DNA of 64,000 nt from Polyangiaceae bacterium. Its GTDB lineage: Bacteria; Myxococcota_A; Polyangia; Polyangiales; Polyangiaceae. The notes under the pieces are model-generated. The model worked only from the letters and a program-made list of their open reading frames with translations. It did not search any database and was not told the DNA's origin. Positions 28,677 through 36,466 of this stretch are shown here, piece after piece. The stretch is taken from NCBI GenBank assembly GCA_049521295.1, contig JBEKOY010000008.1, positions 15,403 to 79,402 on the forward strand. The letters run 5' to 3'. A program made the position numbers and the translations under genes. Position 1 is the stretch's first letter. Each line of letters opens with the position of its first letter.

Positions 28677-30415
28677 GCGTCCTCGTCGCCGAAAAGGGAA
28701 ATTTGAGGTCCGCTCGCTCGACGGGACCGTGCGCTCCGGCGGGGAGGGGCGTGCTCGCGGTGCCCAGAGGCCACCTGCGCCGCAAAGATGGTCTCGACGG
28801 CGGCGATGCGATCGGCCTGCTCCGCAGTCTTGTCGTCGCGCACGCGTACGATGCGCGGCAAGCGTAGCGCAAAGCCGCTCGAGTGGCGCGCGGAGCGCTG
28901 GGCGCCGTCGAAGGCGACTTCGATCACCACTTCGGGGCGCACGAGCCGCACGGCCCCGCGGACCTCGACCGTCATCGCGACCAACCGCCGGGTCATCGCA
29001 TCGATTTCTTGGTCGGTCAGGCCACTGTAGGCCTTGCCAATGGGCACGAGATCGCCGTTTCGCCAGACCGCAAACGTGTAGTCACTGAGCGCCCCAGCCC
29101 GCCGGCCGTGTCCCTCTTCGGCAGCGACGATGACAACGTCCAATGTGGCATGAGCCTTTTTGACTTTGATCCAAGAATGGCCCCGACTCCCGGCTTCGTA
29201 GGGTCCGTCGGCACGCTTGAGGACGAGGCCTTCGTGACCCCGAGCCCGCGCCGCATCGAACGCCGCGTCGAGCGCCCGATCGAGCGATAGATGAGGAGAA
29301 AGCTCCGAGACCGCGTGGATCACAATGGCCGACCGTTGCGTCGCGAGGAGTGCCTCGAGACGGGCGCGTCGATCGCGCCATGGCAGGTGGATGATGGACC
29401 CAGAACCATCGGCCAGAAGGTCGAACGCGACCAGCGCCACCGGTGTCTGCCGGATGTCTTTGTCCGACGGTCGCGACTTCTTGAGACGGGCCTGCAACGT
29501 CTGGAAGGGTCTCGGGCGCCCGAATGGCCCGATTGCGACAATCTCGCCGTCGATGACGACCGACGTGGTGCAGTCCTGCAGTGCGTCGACGATCTCGGGG
29601 AACGCGTGGGTGACCCGATCCAGTCCACGCGCAAAAACGGCGACTTTACCGTCTTCCGTCCGGTGGACCTGAGCGCGCACGCCGTCGATCTTGTCCTCCA
29701 CGATGAATGCGTCGGCCGCGATCGCTGCTGAGCCTGTCTCGAGCGGCGTTGCGAGCATGAACGCCACCGGCCGCCCCACTGCGAGGCGTGCTTCGTCGAG
29801 TTTGCCCTGGTGCGCGAGGACCGCCAGCTCCCCGACGTCGGCGATGTGTGCGGCCGCTTTCCGCACGAGAGCGGGACTGGCTTCGAACGCGCGTGCGATG
29901 GCTCCGTGCACGACGCCCTCTTGCGCTCCGATGCGCATACCACCTCCGATCGCCTTGGCCAGGTACTTCGTTTCGAGGGGGGTTGCGCGCGCGAATATCG
30001 CGTCCAGGATGGCACGCTTCGATGCTCTCCCGGGTTCACTCGCGAGAGCGTTGGCGAGCTCGAAGACGTCGGCCAGTCGGACTCCTTCACGCTCCCAAGC
30101 GTTCTCCACGCGGCCGGCCAGAAGCGCGAACGCTTCAGCCAGCTCGCCTGCCGCGCGCGCGCACGCGACGACGATTGGGTCATCGAATCCCGTTGCCGCC
30201 CGCACGACGTCGAGTAGGAGCGATCCTCCGACGCCAAGCGCTCGGCCGTCGCCGATCGGCAGGAGGCGGCCCACGGCGATGCGGCTCGCCGTTGCGAGTG
30301 CCGTCTCGTCGCCTTCGCGAGCGATCTCGCGAAGAGCGCCCGCAATCGCTTCTTCTTTGCCGATGCGCGAGCGCCGAGCTCGCGCTAGGTCGAGGGCGGC
30401 GGCGAGTCGCCTCAC
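28673..30415 (-). CDS. ATP-dependent DNA ligase (bacterial LigB/Lig1-like)
   Basis: Motif I VEDKIDGVR (adenylation Lys), VVIDGEIVA, EGLVLKR and WIKVKK. Start re-set to GTG 30415, overlapping the upstream gene stop (GTGA). The ORF-track 843-aa form is an extension. Confidence 0.85.
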   Translation of the reverse strand: MRRLAAALDLARARRSRIGKEEAIAGALREIAREGDETALATASRIAVGRLLPIGDGRALGVGGSLLLDVVRAATGFDDPIVVACARAAGELAEAFALLAGRVENAWEREGVRLADVFELANALASEPGRASKRAILDAIFARATPLETKYLAKAIGGGMRIGAQEGVVHGAIARAFEASPALVRKAAAHIADVGELAVLAHQGKLDEARLAVGRPVAFMLATPLETGSAAIAADAFIVEDKIDGVRAQVHRTEDGKVAVFARGLDRVTHAFPEIVDALQDCTTSVVIDGEIVAIGPFGRPRPFQTLQARLKKSRPSDKDIRQTPVALVAFDLLADGSGSIIHLPWRDRRARLEALLATQRSAIVIHAVSELSPHLSLDRALDAAFDAARARGHEGLVLKRADGPYEAGSRGHSWIKVKKAHATLDVVIVAAEEGHGRRAGALSDYTFAVWRNGDLVPIGKAYSGLTDQEIDAMTRRLVAMTVEVRGAVRLVRPEVVIEVAFDGAQRSARHSSGFALRLPRIVRVRDDKTAEQADRIAAVETIFAAQVASGHREHAPPRRSARSRRASGPQISLFGDEDA

Positions 30416-31443
30416 GAGGATCCTCGGTCGTCGATCGGTCCGAGCGCGAGGGCGTCGGCGTTCACACCCCGGCGACGCAGCTCGTGAGCCAAAGGTCGAG
30501 CCTGGCCGCGCGTGACGTAGACCGAGCTCGCGCCGGTCGAGGACACGAGCGCCAGCCACCGATCGAAGTCGGCCAGATCCGCGAACACGAACCCCGCGTC
30601 GGCTTTCTTTTGGGCCAACGCCGCATCGAGCCCTGCCCAGCCCGAGGCGTAGGCTACGGCGTGTCTTTTCGGGGCCTGCCGTTCGGCCACCGGACTGTCG
30701 GCCCGAGTGAGGACGACCGCGCCGCGCCGCGGCCCGGCGCAGTCTCCAACGACGCCGATTGGAGCACCGATCGTCTCGTACGCCGTGCAGGCGCGCAGGA
30801 CTTGCGCGTCGGCCACGACGGCAAGCCCGCGATTCGCGAGCGCGTGTGCGAGCGATTGCGCCGGCCCAGGGGTTTGTACGAGGACGAAAGGTGTGCAGTC
30901 CTCGGCGAGACGCGCAGCGCACCACCCGCCGATGTCCGCAGCGACCCGCTGCATGGGTCTGAAGCGAAATATGGGAAGGCCGAACGCGGAAGTGATGACG
31001 AGCTCGTCGCATGCCACAGCTTCTCCCGGGGGCCGTGTAGCGTCGGGCTCGCTGCTCCAATCGCCCGTGTAGACCAGGCGCCCGCGAGGATGGTCGATGA
31101 CCAGCTGCGATCCACCGAGGACATGTCCCGCATGGGCGATGGACAAGTGGGCCGTGCCGCCGCCGTACCGAGATCCGATGGCCCATGGAATGGTTTCGCC
31201 CCAAGCCATGGGGTGCGCTTGGCTGAACGTCCAGCCGAGCGCCTCCGAGAGTGCGATCGTCTCGGGCGAGGCCAAGGCTCTGCTGCGGGTCGCGCTCGCT
31301 GCCGCGTGAGCGTGCGAGACGAACGCGGCCGTTTCGGGACCGACGGGCGGCACGCCGGTCGGATCGAGCCAGAGATCGAGAGCACGAACGAAGAGGCCGC
31401 GGTCACCCAGAACGACACCGAGGGGTCCGCCTTGGGCGCTCAC
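30412..31443 (-). CDS. MBL-fold ligase-associated exonuclease-like protein (metal motif 2 degenerate)
   Basis: Start re-set to GTG 31443. Sequence includes LWLDP...FVSHAHAAAS, then GHVLGGSQ and VYTGDWS, and ends ...FDRWLALVSSTGASSVYVTRG. Translationally coupled to the ligase. Confidence 0.7.
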   Translation of the reverse strand: MSAQGGPLGVVLGDRGLFVRALDLWLDPTGVPPVGPETAAFVSHAHAAASATRSRALASPETIALSEALGWTFSQAHPMAWGETIPWAIGSRYGGGTAHLSIAHAGHVLGGSQLVIDHPRGRLVYTGDWSSEPDATRPPGEAVACDELVITSAFGLPIFRFRPMQRVAADIGGWCAARLAEDCTPFVLVQTPGPAQSLAHALANRGLAVVADAQVLRACTAYETIGAPIGVVGDCAGPRRGAVVLTRADSPVAERQAPKRHAVAYASGWAGLDAALAQKKADAGFVFADLADFDRWLALVSSTGASSVYVTRGQARPLAHELRRRGVNADALALGPIDDRGSS

Positions 31444-31465
31444 GGGATCCTCGATGCCCGGAACG

Positions 31466-31783
31466 TCACGTCGTTTTCGCGACGAACGACTTGCAGTTGC
31501 CGCCGGGGTTGATCGGTCCCTTAACGACCTTGCAGGCGCCGCAGGCGTTCGGTGCGGCAGGAAGGAACTGCTGACAACCCGAACACGTCTTACCCGGCTC
31601 CATCGATGTGTCGACGTAGGCAAGCACGGTTCGGATCTGAAGGTCGGCGGGCGACAGGGCGCTCGTATCCGTGCACGCTAAAGGTGGAGTCTTCTCCTTG
31701 CATGCCGTCGCCCCGAACGCGGCCAGCGCGCCCATCGCCGCGGTTTGCTGCAAAAGATTCCGACGCGACAGTCGGTCGCTCAT
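31466..31783 (-). CDS. Tat-exported HiPIP-like iron-sulfur protein
   Basis: MSDRLSRRNLLQQTAAMGALAAFG is a twin-arginine signal. The C-terminal Cys pattern is CSGC...CGAC...GGNCKSF. GGAGG lies 6 nt upstream of ATG 31783. Confidence 0.6.
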   Translation of the reverse strand: MSDRLSRRNLLQQTAAMGALAAFGATACKEKTPPLACTDTSALSPADLQIRTVLAYVDTSMEPGKTCSGCQQFLPAAPNACGACKVVKGPINPGGNCKSFVAKTT

Positions 31784-31859
31784 GGTCGCCTCCTTCGAGA
31801 CCCTCATTTAGGGATCCCACCGACCGGCGTCCAGGCTGCCACCGCCGGCGGCCCTTCCG

Positions 31860-32729
31860 TCAGCGCGAGAGCGCCCAAAAGACGACCAGGCCAGCAGCAA
31901 TTCGGTACCAGCCGAAAGGCTCGAGCCCGTGCTTACGCAGGTACTTCAGGAAGCTGGCGATGACGGCCCAAGCGACGAAGAACGAAACGACGAGACCGAC
32001 TGCAAGGCTAAACCCTCCGACGCGGGACGCGAGGTCTGCGCGCGCCTTGTATCCCTCGAACAGCGTCGCCGCGCCCAACGTGGGAAGCGCGAGCAGAAAC
32101 GAGAACTCCGCCGCCGTCGCGGTCGAAAGTCCGGCGAGTTGTCCCGCGACAATGGTGCACATGGATCGGGAAGCGCCGGGCCACAACGACAGGCATTGAC
32201 CCAAGCCCACGGCCAGCGCCCGTTTGGGCGTAACCTTGTCCAGCCCGTCTGCGCCGCGGGCGCCGAAGGTCCCGGGGTGGTCAAAGCCCCGGCTGCGACG
32301 CCCGATCCAGCGCTCGATCACGATCATCGCGACGCCCCCGACGACGAGCGCCGCCGTGACGGGAATCGGCCCGAACAGGCGGGCCTTGATCGTCTTGCGC
32401 AGGAGCAGACCGGCGACGGCGGTCGGCGCGAACGCCACGGCGAGGGCCGCGAGCAATCGAAACGAGGCCGCATCGCGCGCCGCGAGGCCTCGGAGCTTTT
32501 GGCCGAGGAGCGTCCAATAGTGTGCCACCACGGCGAGGATGGCTCCGAGCTGAACCACGATCTCGAACGAAGACGTTGCGGGGTCATCGTCGCTCAACCC
32601 GAGCAGGTGACCCACCAGGACGAGATGCCCGGTCGAAGAGACCGGGAGATATTCGGTCAGCCCTTCGACGATGCCGAGCAGGACGGCAATCCTCGGGTCG
32701 CGCGCAGTCGCCGCGGCGTGCAAAGGCAT
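31860..32729 (-). CDS. uppP: undecaprenyl-diphosphate phosphatase
   Basis: GIVEGLTEYLPVSSTGHL is the BacA/UppP signature. Polytopic membrane protein. Confidence 0.9.
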   Translation of the reverse strand: MPLHAAATARDPRIAVLLGIVEGLTEYLPVSSTGHLVLVGHLLGLSDDDPATSSFEIVVQLGAILAVVAHYWTLLGQKLRGLAARDAASFRLLAALAVAFAPTAVAGLLLRKTIKARLFGPIPVTAALVVGGVAMIVIERWIGRRSRGFDHPGTFGARGADGLDKVTPKRALAVGLGQCLSLWPGASRSMCTIVAGQLAGLSTATAAEFSFLLALPTLGAATLFEGYKARADLASRVGGFSLAVGLVVSFFVAWAVIASFLKYLRKHGLEPFGWYRIAAGLVVFWALSR

Positions 32730-33054
32730 GGGGCCTTTCCACGTAGCACGATGCTGTCAGGAGCAAGGGGACTGCGAGTGCAGTCCTTCGGCGGGGACAC
32801 GTTCAAGCATGGCGCCGTGCGTCGAGGCATCCGACTCCACCGAGAGGTGGGGAGGGGGGGGCTGGCGCCGATGTCATGGGGTGCGCCCGCCGAGTCTTTT
32901 TGAGGCTCGCACCGAGCTTTTCGGTTATACCAACCGGCGCCGAGCCGTCGGACTCCGTGGCGGGGATCGATGAGCTGGCGGGCCTACGGCAGTCTCGTTC
33001 GCCGCGCGCGCAGCATCGACTCGGTCTTGGCCACTCGCCGAAAGGGAAGCGTTC

Positions 33055-33987
33055 ATGTTCAACAAGCCTGTCTCCTTAGCCGTCACGATCCTGGGAACGA
33101 CCGTCTTTGCCTGGATGGCGGCTTGCTCGTCCTCCAAAGAGACCGCGAACAACAGCAGCAGCAACACGGGTGGCGCCACGAGCAGCAGCAGCAGCACCTC
33201 TTTGGGCAGCGGCACCAGCAGCAGCAGCAGCAGCACGGGCAGCAGCACCAGCGGCGGCAACTCCGCGTCGACGCTCATCGACGATGCTGCCAACCCCTCG
33301 GGCCAGATTTCGCTTCGTCCGACTGGTGGGTATACGGCAGGCTACTGGTTTACCACCATCAACGACACAGGCGGGACCATCACGCCCGAGCCTGCGGCGA
33401 GCGGCGGATCGTGGTCGTATACGACGGTGCCGAGCCCCGCGGACGCTTCCATTACGATGGCGGCCTGCATCTCCGGCACGACGTCCCCCACGCTCTACAG
33501 CGAAGCGGGCGAAGGCTTCAATTGGGCGCTGGAGCCCATCGACGCCGCGGCCGACTCGGGGGTCCAAGCAGCCGCAGTCCAATACGATATCAGCGCGTAC
33601 ACGGGCATCTCGTTCTGGGCATACGTTCCGCCGAGCTCGCCGGCCGGTACGCAAATGGTCCGCGTGCTCTTTCCCGACAAGACGTCGGATCCACGCGGCG
33701 GCGTGTGCAGCTTGGACGCCTCCACCACGCCCTGCTCCCCCGACACGGCCCAGTGCATGGTCTGTTACGACAGCTGGGAAGATACGCCCACCTTTAACCC
33801 CGGCTGGCAGTTCGTGAGGATCGAATTTAGCGAGCTGGTGCAACTCATGTTTGGTGAGATCGAAGCATCTTTCGACGCTCAGCACTCCTACGGAGTGACC
33901 TTCCAGGCGAACGGGCCGCAGCAGGCCGATGCCGGGGCGGTCCCGTTCGACTTTTGCATTGCGGACATCAATTTTATAACGAACTGA
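33055..33987 (+). CDS. lipoprotein with Ser-rich linker and C-terminal beta-rich (CBM-like) domain
   Basis: Lipobox-like FAWMAAC, a roughly 50-aa Ser/Gly/Thr linker, then an aromatic/Cys-containing domain with no firm family call. RBS AAGGGAAG. Confidence 0.65.
   Translation: MFNKPVSLAVTILGTTVFAWMAACSSSKETANNSSSNTGGATSSSSSTSLGSGTSSSSSSTGSSTSGGNSASTLIDDAANPSGQISLRPTGGYTAGYWFTTINDTGGTITPEPAASGGSWSYTTVPSPADASITMAACISGTTSPTLYSEAGEGFNWALEPIDAAADSGVQAAAVQYDISAYTGISFWAYVPPSSPAGTQMVRVLFPDKTSDPRGGVCSLDASTTPCSPDTAQCMVCYDSWEDTPTFNPGWQFVRIEFSELVQLMFGEIEASFDAQHSYGVTFQANGPQQADAGAVPFDFCIADINFITN
33154..33250. repeat. AGC-rich trinucleotide (Ser codon) microsatellite tracts
   Basis: Runs of (agc)3, (agc)5 and (agc)6 interrupted by short spacers, all inside the lipoprotein linker. 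Confidence 0.8.
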
Positions 33988-34077
33988 CGACCGCACCGAG
34001 TTTCCCGGAGCCGCGGGTCGAGCCCATGCTTCGTACTCCGTCGCCGTGCCGCTCGAGAGAGGCTAGGGTGCTGCGTC

Positions 34078-34641
34078 GTGTCGACCGATGATCTCGCGCT
34101 CACCACGCGGCTATGGTTTGCATGGCTCTGCTTCTTCAAGGTTCTCTTCGACGCTCGTTTTGCGGCTCGACTCTGGGGCGCTCGCCGGGCTCTTCCGCCG
34201 TCACGCGCCGAGGCTCCAACGCCGTCGCCGGTGCCCGCGACGATCTCGGTGGCGGTCCCGGAGCGCGCGGGCGCGCTGGAGCTGCTCGCGCTTTTGCAGC
34301 GAGAGGGTCGGCTCGTCGACTTCCTCCAGCAAGACATCGCCGCGTTCTCCGACGCCGACGTCGGTATCGCCGCGCGGGTGGTGCACGAGGGTTGCCGTCG
34401 CGCTCTGCGTGCCCACGCGAGCGTCGAGCCGGTGCGGCCAGAAGGGGAGGGGCAGCGGGTCACGTTGGCCGCCGGTTTCGATGCCGATGCCGTGAAGCTG
34501 GTGGGCGACGTGAAGGGTCAGCCGCCGTACGCCGGCGTGTTGAGGCACCGAGGCTGGCGGGTCCTAACGATCGAGCTGCCGCAACGCGTGGGGGAGCACG
34601 ACCCCCGCATCGTGGCGCCCGCCGAAGTCGAGCTCGGGTGA
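34078..34641 (+). CDS. DUF2760-like protein (N-terminal hydrophobic helix)
   Basis: 187 aa with a GTG start. N-terminus LTTRLWFAWLCFFKVLFDARFAARLW, then LELLALLQREGRLVDFLQQDI...ARVVHEGC. I recall this as the DUF2760 pattern that accompanies Hsp70 paralogs. The stop overlaps the next ATG (GTGATG). Confidence 0.6.
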   Translation: MSTDDLALTTRLWFAWLCFFKVLFDARFAARLWGARRALPPSRAEAPTPSPVPATISVAVPERAGALELLALLQREGRLVDFLQQDIAAFSDADVGIAARVVHEGCRRALRAHASVEPVRPEGEGQRVTLAAGFDADAVKLVGDVKGQPPYAGVLRHRGWRVLTIELPQRVGEHDPRIVAPAEVELG

Positions 34642-36452
34642 TGCGCTTCGCCGCCGGGATCGACCTGGGCACCACCCACTGCGCGATCGCGGTCGCCCCG
34701 CTCGAAGTCGAAGGCGCGCGGCCGGACGTGGTGCGCGTTCCGCAGCTCGTCGCGCGGGGGCAGCTCGAAGCTCTCGCGCTTTTGCCGTCGTTTCTCTATT
34801 TCGCGCATGCGAGCGAAGGCCCGCAGGCGTTGCCCTGGGACGCCCATCGCGCGTTCGCCGTAGGGGAGTATGCGCGCGCCCGAGGGGCCGACACGCCGAC
34901 GCGCGTCGTCGCGAGCGCCAAGAGCTGGTTGTCTCATCCGTCCGTCGATCGCCGCGCGGGCATTCTTCCGGTCGGCGCTCCCGACGACGTCGCGAAGATC
35001 TCTCCGGTCGAGACCTCGAAGAGGTACCTCGATCACCTCGTGCAGGCGTTTGAGGCGCAGTTCGGCCCCGACGCCCGTCTTCCCGATCAGGATGTCGTCG
35101 TAACGGTGCCTGCGTCCTTCGACGCCGCGGCGCGTGAGCTGACGGTTGAAGCGGCCCGACAGGCCGGGTTCGAGCACCTCACCCTGCTCGAGGAGCCGCA
35201 GGCGGCTCTCTACGCCTGGACGCTCGCGATGGGCGATGCATGGCGCACCCACGTGCGACCGGGCGACGTTGTGCTGGTGATCGACGTGGGCGGCGGAACG
35301 ACTGACTTTTCCGCGATCGCCGCCATCGAGAAGGACGGCGCGCTCGAACTGGTGCGTGTTGCCGTGGGCGATCACATCCTGCTGGGCGGCGACAACATGG
35401 ACCTCGCGTTGTCACACCTCGTGCGCCACAAGCTTGAATCCGACGGTAATGTTGTCGATCGCTTCCAAGCTGCGAGTCTGGTCCACGCGTGTCGGATTGC
35501 GAAGGAGCGTCTGCTGGGCGATGCGTCGCTCGACCACGCGCCCCTCGCCGTGGCTTCGCGTGGGTCGTCGCTGCTCGGCGCGACGCTTCGTTCTGACCTG
35601 ACCCGCGACGACTTGACCCGTGTGATCGTCGAGGGCTTTTTTCCCCGCGTCGATGCCGATGCTCGACCGGCCACACGCTCTCGCTCCGGGCTGACGCAGC
35701 TCGGGTTGCCCTATGCGGCCGATGCGGCCGTGACGCGCCATCTCGCTGCATTTCTGCGCCGGCAAGCGCGCGCGATCGAGCCCTTCGCCGGCCGCGCGGG
35801 CGGCGCTCTGTTGCACCCGACCGCCGTTCTCTTCAATGGCGGTGTGATGAAGGCCCCGAGTTTGCGGGCGCGGGTGATCGAAACACTGAACGCGTGGATC
35901 CAACAAGACGGGGGCGATGTCGTCCGCGTTCTGCAAGGCGCCGACCTCGACCTCGCGGTGGCTCGGGGCGCTTGTATGTACGCCCTCGTCCGCCGCGGCA
36001 GGGGGCTCCGCATTCGGGGAGGGACGGCGCGTGCCTATTACGTCGGAATCGAGAGCGCTGTCCCGGCGGTCCCCGGTCTCGCGCCTCCCGTGAGCGCGAT
36101 GTGCGTGGCTCCCTTCGGCATGGAAGAGGGGACCGCCGCCGAGCTTCCGCCCCATGAGCTGGGCGTGGTTGTTGGCGAGCGCTGCACGTTTCGGTTCTTC
36201 GGATCCAGCGTACGGCGGTCCGACGGCGCCGGAACCATCCTCGAAGAGTGGCGAGCCGACGAGCTCGAGGAGCTTCCGGCCATCGAGGTGACGCTTCCTG
36301 CGGACGGACGTCGCGAAGGAGATGTCGTGCCCGTGCGACTCCGACCCCAAGTGACCGAGGTCGGGACGCTGCGGCTGGAGGCCGAGCCGCTTCAGCCGCT
36401 GAAAGCCGGCGAACTGTGGCAGGTCGAGCTGAGCGTACGCTCGAGCGCCTGA
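34641..36452 (+). CDS. non-canonical Hsp70-family protein (paralog 1)
   Basis: 603 aa from ATG 34641. Motifs GIDLGTTHCAIA (phosphate 1), VIDVGGGTTDFS (phosphate 2), LLGGDNMDLAL and LFNGGVMKAP (adenosine). The C-terminus is beta-rich and SBD-like. The ORF-track start 34113 is an extension. Confidence 0.85.
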   Translation: MRFAAGIDLGTTHCAIAVAPLEVEGARPDVVRVPQLVARGQLEALALLPSFLYFAHASEGPQALPWDAHRAFAVGEYARARGADTPTRVVASAKSWLSHPSVDRRAGILPVGAPDDVAKISPVETSKRYLDHLVQAFEAQFGPDARLPDQDVVVTVPASFDAAARELTVEAARQAGFEHLTLLEEPQAALYAWTLAMGDAWRTHVRPGDVVLVIDVGGGTTDFSAIAAIEKDGALELVRVAVGDHILLGGDNMDLALSHLVRHKLESDGNVVDRFQAASLVHACRIAKERLLGDASLDHAPLAVASRGSSLLGATLRSDLTRDDLTRVIVEGFFPRVDADARPATRSRSGLTQLGLPYAADAAVTRHLAAFLRRQARAIEPFAGRAGGALLHPTAVLFNGGVMKAPSLRARVIETLNAWIQQDGGDVVRVLQGADLDLAVARGACMYALVRRGRGLRIRGGTARAYYVGIESAVPAVPGLAPPVSAMCVAPFGMEEGTAAELPPHELGVVVGERCTFRFFGSSVRRSDGAGTILEEWRADELEELPAIEVTLPADGRREGDVVPVRLRPQVTEVGTLRLEAEPLQPLKAGELWQVELSVRSSA

Positions 36453-36466
36453 GCGAGCGGGGCGCG

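Noticed and set aside
30416-31204. N-terminal 260-aa extension of the ligase ORF (843-aa form)
   Set aside because: The extension is Arg-rich low-complexity sequence and fully overlaps the MBL-fold gene. A GTG at 30415 gives the classic 4-nt stop/start overlap instead.
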